From contig VMFP01000004.1 in assembly GCA_007376145.1 (NCBI GenBank), forward strand, positions 6,988-70,987: DNA of 64,000 bases, written 5' to 3'. Below are positions 8,527-18,634 of the stretch, piece after piece. This stretch comes from Parcubacteria group bacterium Gr01-1014_38 (lineage in GTDB: Bacteria > Patescibacteriota > Andersenbacteria > UBA10190 > CAIZMI01). A program made the translations under genes and the position numbers. Positions within the stretch are counted from its first letter, which is position 1. Every line of letters starts with the position of its first letter. The notes beneath the pieces are model-generated. The model was given only the letters and a program-made list of their open reading frames with translations, searched no databases and was not told where the DNA came from.

Positions 8527-9709
8527 GCCACCGCAACTGGCGTTCCTGGATGGGTTGGTATACAGCGGAAGCAGCGGGTGCATGCTCGAGTCTCCGGAGC
8601 GCAATGTCGGCAAGCTGCTCGAGGAGCGCGAAAATTGTCGCCGGGATGCGCGCGGCAATCAGGCGTGACGGATCCACCGGAGTCATCACTGGGCGCGGCA
8701 AGAGCTGAACGATGCGCGGCGCTCTCGAGAGGTACAGCGTTGGATTCCGATGGAAGAAGAGTCGGTGAAGGAGCGTCGGCCAGAACCCGGCAACCACCAG
8801 TCGCACTGGCCACTCCGAGTCCGGAAGATGCGCAAAGAAGAGTCGAACGATGGTCCGAAAGAGGGGAAAGAGCGGACGAAAGACCCGGACAAGGATCCGC
8901 ACTCCCTCCGGCGAGAGCACGCTCGCGTCAGCGCGCTCGAGCAACGTGGCCGCTTCGCGCGGTGAACAGGACAGGGCGCGCACGAGCGTTCCGACGAGAA
9001 GATCACTTCCGAGCGGCGCGGTCCGCAACATCCGCAGAATGTCGCCGTCTCGTACCACAAACGTCAGATGGGACTCTTCGCTGACAAGCAAGCCAATCGG
9101 TTCGGACGTCTTTTGGAAGATTTCGCCTAAAAACACGGGGAGGAGCACCAGGTCACAGACTGGCACATCCGGCGGCGGCAAGGATTGGAACCGCGCCGGC
9201 GTTGGCGGAACGAGAAGGGATTCACCGAAGGCCGTCGGCCCTTGGAAGAGGGTGGTGACGGTCGCTTCAAGACCGTCACCACCGCGCGCTTCCTGCCAGG
9301 GACGTACCTCTTCCCGGAAGACCGCGAGATCTTCCAGCGGGCACCCAAAAAACTCTGCAGCTTCCTCGCGGAGTTGCTCCCGCGCGTGCCAGTGGGCTTG
9401 AAGCGTCAGCTCCCGAAGGTCCAGTGCGGTTCGCCCGGTGCCGGGAAGCGCGCGACCAATCGTGACGGAACCTCCCGCCAGTGCTGGCGTCGGCACAGCC
9501 AGAACGAGCGGTTCATGTGCGTGCCAGCCGAGGAGACGTTCCAGTGGCTCTCCGAGCGCCGCACCGGATTCCCAGGGAATCGTGGCGGCAGCCAGCAGCC
9601 GATGCTGACCGTCTCGACGTTCGACCCGAAGGAGATCAAGCTCTTCTCCCCGGGTACGCCCGACGACCACGCGGTGCTCACGTTTCGTTTTCGGAGAGAA
9701 CGGGGACAT
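8516..9709 (-). CDS. Divergent FtsA/PilM-like actin-fold protein
   Basis: APLGSDLLVGTLVRALSCSPREAATL resembles the FtsA/PilM GG..it..ia..l..s..eAE motif. Position upstream of the baseplate-J-like gene matches CPR context. Confidence 0.45.
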   Translation of the reverse strand: MSPFSPKTKREHRVVVGRTRGEELDLLRVERRDGQHRLLAAATIPWESGAALGEPLERLLGWHAHEPLVLAVPTPALAGGSVTIGRALPGTGRTALDLRELTLQAHWHAREQLREEAAEFFGCPLEDLAVFREEVRPWQEARGGDGLEATVTTLFQGPTAFGESLLVPPTPARFQSLPPPDVPVCDLVLLPVFLGEIFQKTSEPIGLLVSEESHLTFVVRDGDILRMLRTAPLGSDLLVGTLVRALSCSPREAATLLERADASVLSPEGVRILVRVFRPLFPLFRTIVRLFFAHLPDSEWPVRLVVAGFWPTLLHRLFFHRNPTLYLSRAPRIVQLLPRPVMTPVDPSRLIAARIPATIFALLEQLADIALRRLEHAPAASAVYQPIQERQLRWHAK

Positions 9710-9747
9710 ACCAACGTTTCTCGTCTTCGCGCTGGAGCGTTAAACGT

Positions 9748-11520
9748 TCACTCAACCACCGCGCGAATGCGACGAATGCCTTGGGCCAGGCCCTCCTCTT
9801 TCGTAATGTGAAAGCGCCCGATCACCCCTGTCCGCGGGACGTGGGGACCGCCACAAATCTCTTTCGAGAAATCACCGACCGTGTACACGCTCACCTGATC
9901 GCCGTACTTCTCTTCGAAAAAACCTAATGCGCCGGCAGCTTTCGCTTCCTCCGGCGTCATGACTGCGCGCGTCACGGGAAGATCTCGGCGAATCTCCTTG
10001 TTCACGAGGTCCTCTACTTTGCGGATTTCCTCGGTGGAGAGCTTCCTCGGATGGGAGAAATCAAACCGGAGCCGCTCGGGTGTAATGTTCGACCCCTTCT
10101 GCTCGACGTGCGGCCCGAGGATGCGTCGGAGTGCCTCATGGAGGAGATGGGTGGCGGTGTGCATGCGCACCGTCCGCTCGGAGTGGTCCGTAAGACCGCC
10201 AGCAAACCGCTGGGTCATGCCCGCGCGGGAGACTTGCTGGTGCTTCTGGAACTCCTCCTCAAAACCTTTGAAGTCTACCGTCACGTCCTGGGACGCACCG
10301 AGTGACCGAAGAAGATCCGGATGAATGCCGCTCTCTTGATAAATCGCGAACGCCTCTGCCCCAGAGATCCGTGTGTCACCGCGCCCCCGTACCTGTTCGA
10401 TAAACTTCCCAGCCCGCTGTTCGATAACGATGTATTTTTGGAGCTCGCCCCAGAGCTGGGTCTCCGCTTGGCTTTTGCGCTCGAAAATCTCCGGGTAGGC
10501 CTCGCCATAAATACGCGCAAGTTCGTCAACAAACCGATTACCAATATCCAGAAGGTGATGTTCTTCTGCTCCTTGGAGACGGAGAGACCGCAAGGCACGG
10601 CGGATGAGTCGCCGGAGGACATAGCCCTGTTCGACATTGCTGGGGACGATTTCGTGCGGATCGCTCAAGACGAAGACGGCGGCGCGGAGATGATCGGCAG
10701 CAATCCGGAGATGCCTCTCATCGGCACGCGGCACGCTCCCCCGAATGAGCTCCATGAGCGGGGCGAACACGTCCGTTTCGTACACGTTTGTATGACCGCA
10801 CAGAACTGCCACCGCGCGCTCCAGCCCCATGCCGGTATCCACGTTCTTCTGTTGTAGAGGAGCGAAGGTACCGTCGGAGCGCTTCTCGTATTCCATGAAG
10901 ACATCGTTCCAAATCTCAACAAAGCGTCCGGAGTCGTCGTTCGGGCGCGTGGATGCTGGCCCTCGACCAGTATCGAAGAATATTTCCGTGTCCGGACCGC
11001 AGGGACCCGCCTTCCCGGGCGGCCCCCACCAGTTCGCGCTCTTCCCAAAGAAGAACATTCGGTCTTTAGGGATTCCGAGCCGTTCCCAGATGCGCGCGGA
11101 CTCGGTATCGCGTGGCGCGTCGGCGTCACCGGCAAAGCAGGTCACCGCGAGCTTCTCCGCTGGGAGCGAGAGCCACCGATCGGAGGTCAGAAACTCAAAA
11201 CTCATTTCAATCGCTTCCTTCTTGAAATAATCACCGAGCGACCAGTTCCCGAGCATTTCAAAGAACGTCAGGTGGAAGGCATCACCAACCTCGTCAATGT
11301 CGCCCGTCCGGAGGCACTTCTGCACGTTCGCGAGTCGCTTTCCCTGCGGATGGGGTTGTCCGAGTAGATACGGCACGAGCGGCTGCATACCGGCGGCGGT
11401 AAAAAGAACAGTGGGATCGTTCTCCGGAACCAGCGATGCGGACGGAAGAATGGCGTGCCCGCGCTCGCGGAAGAATTCCAAGAACCGTTCGCGGAGCTGC
11501 GTGCTCGTGATTGCGCACAT
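9748..11520 (-). CDS. alaS: Alanine--tRNA ligase (aminoacylation plus editing domains, no C-Ala)
   Basis: LFTAAGMQP, TFFEMLGNWSLGDYFK, DTGMGLER, HTATHLL, EICGGPH. Confidence 0.97.
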   Translation of the reverse strand: MCAITSTQLRERFLEFFRERGHAILPSASLVPENDPTVLFTAAGMQPLVPYLLGQPHPQGKRLANVQKCLRTGDIDEVGDAFHLTFFEMLGNWSLGDYFKKEAIEMSFEFLTSDRWLSLPAEKLAVTCFAGDADAPRDTESARIWERLGIPKDRMFFFGKSANWWGPPGKAGPCGPDTEIFFDTGRGPASTRPNDDSGRFVEIWNDVFMEYEKRSDGTFAPLQQKNVDTGMGLERAVAVLCGHTNVYETDVFAPLMELIRGSVPRADERHLRIAADHLRAAVFVLSDPHEIVPSNVEQGYVLRRLIRRALRSLRLQGAEEHHLLDIGNRFVDELARIYGEAYPEIFERKSQAETQLWGELQKYIVIEQRAGKFIEQVRGRGDTRISGAEAFAIYQESGIHPDLLRSLGASQDVTVDFKGFEEEFQKHQQVSRAGMTQRFAGGLTDHSERTVRMHTATHLLHEALRRILGPHVEQKGSNITPERLRFDFSHPRKLSTEEIRKVEDLVNKEIRRDLPVTRAVMTPEEAKAAGALGFFEEKYGDQVSVYTVGDFSKEICGGPHVPRTGVIGRFHITKEEGLAQGIRRIRAVVE

Positions 11521-11529
11521 GGCACCGAT

Positions 11530-11889
11530 TTACCGTGACCGTTGGAACGCTTCCTCGCGTAAGGAATTGACGTCGCGCTCGAGCCGCGAGATCTTCGCTT
11601 TCTGCCCTGCGACGCGGTGCTCCAATTCTTGAAGCGCCCGCTCCCGATCCCGTTGCCGTTGCTCGAGTTGCAGCATCTCCGTTTCTTTTCGCTCCCGGTC
11701 TCGCCGGATTCGCGCAACCTCCTCCTTCCGCTGTCGCTCATCACCAAGCAGACGCGAAAGAGCTTCGCGCTCTTCCGCAAGCTCTAATTCCTTTTTCTGG
11801 TACTTCGACCGACGCTCGCGCGCGGAGGGCTTTCCCCCGCGGTCTCCAAATGGAGCTTCCTCGTCCGATCCACTCCAGACCTTTGACAT
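11530..11889 (-). CDS. Hypothetical charged coiled-coil protein
   Basis: E/R/K-rich heptad pattern. TACGAT -10 box lies 6 nt before ATG 11889. Confidence 0.65.
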   Translation of the reverse strand: MSKVWSGSDEEAPFGDRGGKPSARERRSKYQKKELELAEEREALSRLLGDERQRKEEVARIRRDRERKETEMLQLEQRQRDRERALQELEHRVAGQKAKISRLERDVNSLREEAFQRSR

Positions 11890-11938
11890 GAGGCTATCGT
11901 ACAGACGCTCGTTGCGAGCGTACAGAGCGCCCGACAGC

Positions 11939-12694
11939 CTAAAAAAACTTGCGCTCTTTGGATTGCTCAATAATCGGCAGTGCTTCTTCCGCGGAATCCA
12001 CGATGGTAAACACCTCGAGATCGAATGCGTCAATGAGCGGGGGATCGTGTTCGATCATGAAGGTGCGCATCCACTCCCGGAATGGTTCCCAAAACGTCTT
12101 CCCGATGCAGATGATGGAAATTTTCTCCATCTTCTTCGTCTGGACGAGCGTAGCAATTTCCGTCATTTCGTCGAGTGTGCCGAATCCCCCGGGAAAAAAT
12201 ACGTACGCCTGCGCCGACGCAGAGAGCATGACCTTCCGGGTGAAGAAGTAATCAAACGCCATTCGTTTTCGGACGTACGGATTGCGTCGCTCTCCTTCCG
12301 GAAGATTAATGTCGATACCGACAGAGCATTCTTCGACCGTTCCTTGGCACCCCTCGAGTGCGCCTTTGTTTGCTGCCTCCATGATGCCGGGACCTCCCCC
12401 GGTGATCACCGTATACCCGCGCTCGGTCAGAAGTCGCCCGAGTTTCTCCGCCTCGTGATACCAGGGATCTCCGGCCGGAATGCGCGCGCTGCCGAAAAAC
12501 GTCACCTCCCGTTTGAGCGGAAGGAGAAAGCGGAACCCCTCCACAAACTCTCGGAGAATTTCATCCAGGTGCCACGTTTCGTCGCCCTGAAATTCGTTCG
12601 GGTCCAAGCAGATGAGCGGCCGCGGGCCTTCCTGCGGCGGAGGCGGCACGGGAGGCGGTAACGGACCGATATGTTCTTGGTCTCTCGTGCCCAT
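11939..12694 (-). CDS. LOG family (TIGR00730-like) nucleotide phosphoribohydrolase
   Basis: FGSAR, TGGGPGIMEAANKGA, FFTRK, PGGFGTLDE. Confidence 0.93.
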   Translation of the reverse strand: MGTRDQEHIGPLPPPVPPPPQEGPRPLICLDPNEFQGDETWHLDEILREFVEGFRFLLPLKREVTFFGSARIPAGDPWYHEAEKLGRLLTERGYTVITGGGPGIMEAANKGALEGCQGTVEECSVGIDINLPEGERRNPYVRKRMAFDYFFTRKVMLSASAQAYVFFPGGFGTLDEMTEIATLVQTKKMEKISIICIGKTFWEPFREWMRTFMIEHDPPLIDAFDLEVFTIVDSAEEALPIIEQSKERKFF

Positions 12695-12697
12695 TGC

Positions 12698-14476
12698 TTA
12701 CACGTGGAGCCCGCCAAGCGGAGGGGGTGGCAGAGGAGGGGGCTGGACGCGCACGCGGCCTGACGCGATCGGGGATCGTCCCTGCTCCGCTCCACGCGCG
12801 CCGAGCTTGAAACGCTTGCGTTCGGCACGAACAATCGCCAAACACTCCGGGCAGTACTTTTCCTTCCCAGGAACTGGCTCAAAGGGAACCTCCGTTGCCC
12901 GTCCGCACCGATCGCAGGTGATGGGGTACGCCCGCTTCAGACGCTGCGGCTCTTCCTGTCGGAGACGATCCTCGAGACTCGCGATCTGCTGACCAGACGG
13001 CGCCACGACGGCGTTCTCCAAGGCTTCAACGGGCGGGAGCGCGCGCTCGGGCGTTCGTGTGTGTGGTCGAGGAAATTCTCGACGTTCACTGTGGTCGGAA
13101 CGTTGCTGTTCTTGGCGCCGCTCGAAGGTATAGGCGGCGGATTCTTCCTCCCCGGCTTGTCGGAAGGTCTTGGAACTCCACCGACTAATCTTCTCTTCCA
13201 CAACTTCACGGGGGCGACCATGGCGCTCTCGTGAAACCCGGATGATCTTCTCCGCTTCCCCGTACCATGGGGATCGTGAGCCGAGAGGAATCGTCATCAT
13301 GGAAAACGGCTTGCTCGCGGTCCCGTCAATCATGAGCTTGATGTAGGCATTGTACTTGTCGAGGTTCACGAGATCCGTTTCCGTAAAGTGCGGAGCGAAT
13401 TCCCGCTCGAGGAACTCCGCATCGTAGGCGCCAATTCGGAAGCACAGGGTGGTTCCCACGTTCCCGAAGACGGCGTCGCGCACTTCCTCTGACATCTGGG
13501 TAATGTACTGATGCGCCATGATGATATCCAGGCGGTACTTCCGAGCTTCGCTCAAAATAGTCGCAAACGACTCCGTGGCAAAATTCTGGAACTCGTCTAC
13601 GTACAGGTAGAAATCCTGACGCTGTTCCTCGGGAAGCTGCGCGCGGTCCATGGCGGCCAGTTGAATCTTCGTAATCATCATTGCCCCGAGGAGCGCGGCG
13701 TTGTCTTCTCCAATCTTCCCTTTTGAGAGATTCATGATGAAGACTTTTTTCTGGTCCATAATCTCCCGGAGATCAATGGTGGAGTTGGGCTGACCAATGA
13801 TGTTCCGGATGATGCTGCTCGTCAGAAACTGTCCGACTTTGTTTTGGATCGGGGCAATCGCCTCCTGGCGGAACCGCTCGTTGTACTGTGCGAATTCGTC
13901 CACCCAGAATGACTTCACAACGGGATCGCGGATGTTCGAGACAATCTCCTTCCGAAAGTCCTTGTCCACGAGAATCCGCAGGATACCGAGGAGCGTGTTC
14001 CCCGGCGAGTCCAGGAGGGCCAAAATGGTATTCCGGAGAATGTATTCGAGCCGGGGTCCCCACGAATCAGCCCAGAGCTTCTTGAAGACACCGACGAGAC
14101 CCGACGTAACGAGGTTTTTCTCCTGGGCGAAACGGGAGTCCTCCGGGCGGACCGTTTCTAGGACGTTGAAGGCGACGGGGAACTCCGCGTCTGACGGATC
14201 AAAGTAAATAACGTCGTTGATGCGGTTCGGTGATACGTAGTCGAGCATCGTGGTGGCAAAGTCCCCATGGGGATCAACAACTGCCAACCCCTCGCCGTGC
14301 TGAATATCTTGGATCGCCATGTTCTCGAGGACCGTCGTCTTTCCGGACCCAGTTTTTCCAATGACGTAGAGGTGTCGGCGGCGATCATCGCGCTTAATCC
14401 CGAATGCGCGCCGGACATTACGAAAGTTGGTTTCGCCGACAACCGTGATAAGTTCTGGTGAGACGGTAGGGCTCAT
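12698..14476 (-). CDS. VirD4/TraD-like P-loop ATPase with C-terminal CxxC-x17-CxxC zinc ribbon
   Basis: Walker A GKTGSGKT, DPHGD, Walker B LYVDEFQNF, SEARKY, and tail CDRC-x17-CPEC. Confidence 0.88.
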   Translation of the reverse strand: MSPTVSPELITVVGETNFRNVRRAFGIKRDDRRRHLYVIGKTGSGKTTVLENMAIQDIQHGEGLAVVDPHGDFATTMLDYVSPNRINDVIYFDPSDAEFPVAFNVLETVRPEDSRFAQEKNLVTSGLVGVFKKLWADSWGPRLEYILRNTILALLDSPGNTLLGILRILVDKDFRKEIVSNIRDPVVKSFWVDEFAQYNERFRQEAIAPIQNKVGQFLTSSIIRNIIGQPNSTIDLREIMDQKKVFIMNLSKGKIGEDNAALLGAMMITKIQLAAMDRAQLPEEQRQDFYLYVDEFQNFATESFATILSEARKYRLDIIMAHQYITQMSEEVRDAVFGNVGTTLCFRIGAYDAEFLEREFAPHFTETDLVNLDKYNAYIKLMIDGTASKPFSMMTIPLGSRSPWYGEAEKIIRVSRERHGRPREVVEEKISRWSSKTFRQAGEEESAAYTFERRQEQQRSDHSERREFPRPHTRTPERALPPVEALENAVVAPSGQQIASLEDRLRQEEPQRLKRAYPITCDRCGRATEVPFEPVPGKEKYCPECLAIVRAERKRFKLGARGAEQGRSPIASGRVRVQPPPLPPPPLGGLHV

Positions 14477-14500
14477 GTGTGCGTTCCCAGTATACAAGAG

Positions 14501-15838
14501 TTAGCCCTCCTCCAGCGGAGCAAACGGAACTTCCGGCGGCGGTTCACCTTTCTTTGCACGCGCGTGCTCAAGCGTGGGTGTCCGGACGTAACTCACCGGG
14601 AAGTGGAAAATGGTCGCGAGTTCTTCCACGTTCAAAATGTATCCCTTCTCGCGAAAGTATCGCTGCTGGTACCGCCGGAGCAAGCGGCGTTTCCGGAAGC
14701 GCTGCCGCTGCGCGCTTAAGCCATAGACGGGACGGGAGGTCGTAAACCGCCCATCGGGAAACAGGGTATTCAAGTTCTGCGACCCGAACGGCCTGAAGAT
14801 ACCAAAGATCTGTGGAATGCGGGCGCGGCGGATAAACTTCCCTTTGAGACCAATGGCCAAGGTCCGGATGATGCAGCCGTACCCCGACTTGCTCACGTTC
14901 CGCTGAATGGCGCGGACGATATCCGTCTCTCCCGGGGTAAGCCGGAGCATGCCAAGGTCCAGCGCCGAGGGTCGCTTCGCTTCCACTGCCGGTCCGGGAA
15001 GAAAGATGCCAACGACTGTTCCCAGGAACCCCAGCACCCGCTGGACTCGTGAGGGCTTTTTCTTGATGGCGCTCTCCTTGCCGGCCAGTTTCAGCGCCAG
15101 CTCCTCTCCCCTTTTTTGCCAGTCGCCGCGTGCAATGCCGGGAAGCTTGAGGCTGGGAATCTCTGGTCGAAAGAGAATCTGAATCCAGATTTCCTCACCA
15201 AGATTGAGCGCGCTCACGACTTCGGTCACCGCGGCCATCGTGTCCACAAACCGACCGTCCTCCGCAAATTCGTCTTCAAAATCTACGTAGGTTCGAAGGG
15301 GATAGGCATCGGGTTTGAGGAGAATCATCTCCGTCCCCCAAAGGTCGAAGTCTTTCCCGAGATCCGAGAGGGAGAACCGTTGAGTGTAGTCCTCCGTCTC
15401 GACAATCTCCGCGTCGGGGTACTGCGCGTACACCGCACTTTCAAAAAGTTGGCGAATGGCGGTAGGAATGCGGAAGATGAACGTGACGCCTTCGGACGTT
15501 CCGCGAATCTCCAGAGAGAACCATGCATGCATATACCCGTCGAGGTAGAGGTCGTAGAGGTCGGGAGGGCGAAATGCGCCGTGGAGAACATTGAAAACTT
15601 CCTCCATGGAGCGCGGAGTGCGCGTGTTCAGCTCCGGCACCCGCACCTGGAGAAAGGTCCACGGAAACGCCGCAAGGTACTGCCGCCGAATCGTCTCCAG
15701 GTACAGGGAAAACAGGATCATCAGGAAGAGCACGAGTCCGACAGCCGGACCGATGCGGACGAGTGCGACACCCAAAAACGCCGCGAAGTTCCCGGTGGCG
15801 TTCAGCAGAGTGGCGAGGAGAAGATCGAGGAGCGGCAT
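14501..15838 (-). CDS. Conserved membrane-anchored partner of the VirD4-like ATPase (CPR-type hypothetical)
   Basis: N-terminal TM, then [40 protein letters not shown]. Confidence 0.7.
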   Translation of the reverse strand: MPLLDLLLATLLNATGNFAAFLGVALVRIGPAVGLVLFLMILFSLYLETIRRQYLAAFPWTFLQVRVPELNTRTPRSMEEVFNVLHGAFRPPDLYDLYLDGYMHAWFSLEIRGTSEGVTFIFRIPTAIRQLFESAVYAQYPDAEIVETEDYTQRFSLSDLGKDFDLWGTEMILLKPDAYPLRTYVDFEDEFAEDGRFVDTMAAVTEVVSALNLGEEIWIQILFRPEIPSLKLPGIARGDWQKRGEELALKLAGKESAIKKKPSRVQRVLGFLGTVVGIFLPGPAVEAKRPSALDLGMLRLTPGETDIVRAIQRNVSKSGYGCIIRTLAIGLKGKFIRRARIPQIFGIFRPFGSQNLNTLFPDGRFTTSRPVYGLSAQRQRFRKRRLLRRYQQRYFREKGYILNVEELATIFHFPVSYVRTPTLEHARAKKGEPPPEVPFAPLEEG

Positions 15839-15862
15839 GTTGGTGTGGAGACGGCCGAGAAG

Positions 15863-17089
15863 TTACGAAGTCGGTGACGGCCTCGGCTCTGGCGACGGCT
15901 GGCGCGGCGCAGTGCGGAGCGTCTCGGCGAGCGTATAGGTTCCGTCCGGCAGGTGGTGGAAGAACGAGCGATTTACGAGACAGAGGAGCACGGTGTTGCG
16001 CTTCACGAAGCGCTGCTTCAAGACTTCCGCGACGATCTCGGACTTCGGAAGCGGCCGGTGCGCTTCTCGGAGAAGACGGATAATCACATCCGATACGCGT
16101 CCCGGCATGAAGCCCCATTCGCGGAGGGCATAGAGCCCGCGCCCAACGAGCACAAACCGGGGGTCGCGGATGAGATCGTTGTGCACCGTTCCGGCCAATG
16201 CGCGCTTCCGATCAAACCGCATGCGATTGATCTCATCGGCGACGGTGCGAAAATGGAGCGGTTTACTCTGGGCTTTCAACACGAGGTACGCCTTATCGCC
16301 GACGCTCCGAGGGACAGCCGCCCGCCACGCACGGAGACCGAAGTCCCCGAACGGATTCCGAACAATTCTCTTGGAGACAGTGAGGAACGACCGGAGCATG
16401 GCATCGGTCACGGGAACGTCGAGGATACGCCGCAGCTCGTCAAGGTACCGGGACTCGGGAGCAAGCGCTCCTTCACGCTCCAAAATCCGTTCTCCTGCCT
16501 CCAGGACCGTTTCGAGCGACGGTCCAACTGGCGTCGAACTGTCGGGTGCCGGCTCCATCCCATTCCGCGATGTGGTGCGGGCGGTGGCGATCCAGTGCGG
16601 CCGGGTTCGCTGCGTCTCCTGCGCTTCCGAGAAATCCGGGAAGGATGACAGGAGAAAGCGTACAGCGCTCCGGTCTTTCGCTTCCCCACCCCCAAGGGAG
16701 GCGAGAAGCGTCTCTTCCGTCGTCACCCCGCCGGACGATGTACAGAGCGACAGGAGAATACGGCGTGCGCGTTCGCGCGCCGTCCCTTTCGGTGGAGAAT
16801 CGGCGCGCAGTGTGTAGAGAGCACCCGCGACGATTTGCCGGATGCGCTCACGGGAAACTCCCTCTCGTTTGCCGATGTCCACGAGAGTTTTCGGACGACC
16901 GTTTCCGAGACCGAAGCGCTCGGCAAGCATGCGCTGCGGGCGCTCCGGCAGAAGGGCAAGCAATTCCTGAATGGCAGCGCGAACGGTACCTGGTTCCAAT
17001 TCTGTGGCGAGCGGTGCCAAGGCAGCAGACACCGCATTCCCCTCCTCACTCTGAAGGCGAGTACTTCGCGTCATCACGTCTGCGGTCAC
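15863..17089 (-). CDS. Sigma70 region-4 HTH plus C-terminal winged-helix (HARE-HTH/RpoE-delta-like) protein
   Basis: RFGLG...TLVDIGKREGVSRERIRQI, and PLHFRTV...TVHNDLIRDPRFVLVGRGLYALREWG. Confidence 0.78.
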   Translation of the reverse strand: MTADVMTRSTRLQSEEGNAVSAALAPLATELEPGTVRAAIQELLALLPERPQRMLAERFGLGNGRPKTLVDIGKREGVSRERIRQIVAGALYTLRADSPPKGTARERARRILLSLCTSSGGVTTEETLLASLGGGEAKDRSAVRFLLSSFPDFSEAQETQRTRPHWIATARTTSRNGMEPAPDSSTPVGPSLETVLEAGERILEREGALAPESRYLDELRRILDVPVTDAMLRSFLTVSKRIVRNPFGDFGLRAWRAAVPRSVGDKAYLVLKAQSKPLHFRTVADEINRMRFDRKRALAGTVHNDLIRDPRFVLVGRGLYALREWGFMPGRVSDVIIRLLREAHRPLPKSEIVAEVLKQRFVKRNTVLLCLVNRSFFHHLPDGTYTLAETLRTAPRQPSPEPRPSPTS

Positions 17090-17131
17090 GTTTCTTTATA
17101 GGCGTCAGTATGACACAGAATGTTTCGCTAG

Positions 17132-18043
17132 TCAACCAGCGGTATCGTGTGGGAGCACCACGATTTCCTTCTCGAGGGAAATACCGAACGCTTCAAGGAC
17201 CTCTCGTTCAATCTGCTTGATGAGCGCAAGAACATCCGTCGCCGTGGCGCCACCGCGGTTCACGATAAAATTTGCGTGCTTGACCGACACCTCGGCACCA
17301 CCGATCCGACGCCCCTTGAAGCCTGCCGCCTCAATGAGTGCTCCGGCTGGACGTTCTACCGACGGGTTCTTGAAGACGGAGCCGACGCTGGGAAATTCGT
17401 AGGGCTGCTTCGCCTTTCGGGCCGCGAGGTCGTCATTCACGAGACGTTCTCCTTCCTCTGGATTACCAGCATCCAAGGAAAATGTGGCGTTCCAAATGAC
17501 GTAGCCGGCCGGTTCCCGCTTGAACGTGGAGTCGCGGTAGCCAAAGGACAGTTGTTCGCGGGGAAGAACATCCTCGTGCCAACCCTCCGGAGTCAAGCGC
17601 AGCACGCCCACCTTGGAGAGGCGGTCTTTCGTCTCCACGCCAAAGGCACCGGCATTCCCTCGGACCGCTCCGCCGATCGTTCCCGGAATGCCCGCGAGGC
17701 GCTCCAGACCCCGGAAGCTACGGCGGACGGCCTCGATGACCGCAAGGCGCGTGAGCGCACCGGCGTCCGCCGTGAGTTCTCCGGTGCCCGGAACGCTCCC
17801 GGGGGTCAGGGTCACGGATCGGCTCTCGATCCTGATGACCAGACCTGGAAACCCTTCATCCCGACAGAAGAAGTTTGCTCCCCCGCCAAGGATGAACCAC
17901 GGGAGATCGCGGTCGGCTGCCCAGTTGAGCGCAGCACGGAGCACTTCAAGATCGGCAATGCGGACGAAGTACCGCGCCTCACCCCCGACGTGGAGCGTCG
18001 AATACCGCGCAAGCGAGACGTGCTCCTGGACGTCCATCGACAT
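17132..18043 (-). CDS. murB: UDP-N-acetylmuramate dehydrogenase
   Basis: VGGEA, LGGGAN, GIPGTIGGAVRGNAGAFG, FGYRDS, GSVFKNP, KHANFIVN. Confidence 0.96.
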   Translation of the reverse strand: MSMDVQEHVSLARYSTLHVGGEARYFVRIADLEVLRAALNWAADRDLPWFILGGGANFFCRDEGFPGLVIRIESRSVTLTPGSVPGTGELTADAGALTRLAVIEAVRRSFRGLERLAGIPGTIGGAVRGNAGAFGVETKDRLSKVGVLRLTPEGWHEDVLPREQLSFGYRDSTFKREPAGYVIWNATFSLDAGNPEEGERLVNDDLAARKAKQPYEFPSVGSVFKNPSVERPAGALIEAAGFKGRRIGGAEVSVKHANFIVNRGGATATDVLALIKQIEREVLEAFGISLEKEIVVLPHDTAG

Positions 18044-18108
18044 CCATGATACACAAAGTCGGGGCTGTTGTTCTTTCTCACGAGGCTTTTCCTACAAAGG
18101 AGCTCTGT

Positions 18109-18561
18109 ATGAGCGTGTACGTCATCCGCGAACCGCTGGACATTCCCACAGAAGACTCTCGGGGTTCATTCCGCTTTCACTTTGACTCAAGCGTTTGGAT
18201 CTCCCAGGAGCCCGACATACCCACGGCGATCCGAGAGCTGCTAAGAACGAATGCCGAAAAGGTGTATATTTCTGATGCGTCGGAGGCGTTCCTCTTGGCG
18301 CTGCTGACTTTCGACGGGAACGGAAAAATCCGCCGGGCACTCGGAGAGTTGACTCGTATTGCGTACGACGAGACCCTCATATTCTTACCGGAACCGAAGG
18401 ATTTCCTCATCACCGTTCGAAATGTCCTTGGCTCCAGACGGAAAATGGGGAAATCGGCGACCGTCATTGCGGCAATACTGACGCTGTACAAGGCAGACGC
18501 CGAAACGGCACTCGCGGAACTCGTCCGTGAGATTGCCCGCGCCGTTCCTCACCACGTATGA
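18109..18561 (+). CDS. Hypothetical protein, counter-oriented orphan between murB and murC
   Basis: AAAGGAG SD before ATG 18109, fills the intergenic gap, followed by a hairpin. Confidence 0.7.
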   Translation: MSVYVIREPLDIPTEDSRGSFRFHFDSSVWISQEPDIPTAIRELLRTNAEKVYISDASEAFLLALLTFDGNGKIRRALGELTRIAYDETLIFLPEPKDFLITVRNVLGSRRKMGKSATVIAAILTLYKADAETALAELVREIARAVPHHV

Positions 18562-18588
18562 TGATTCCCGAGGCGCCGTTGGGTGCCG

Positions 18589-18618
18589 AAACCCCCGCAG
18601 TCTCCACTGGGGGGTTTT
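18589..18618 (+). terminator. Probable intrinsic terminator between convergent genes
   Basis: aaaccccc(g)cag-tctcca-ctggggggtttt. Confidence 0.5.
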
Positions 18619-18634
18619 CCTATTTACTCGGAAG

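Noticed and set aside
12698-15838. Conjugative element
   Set aside because: No relaxase, VirB set, integrase or composition shift.
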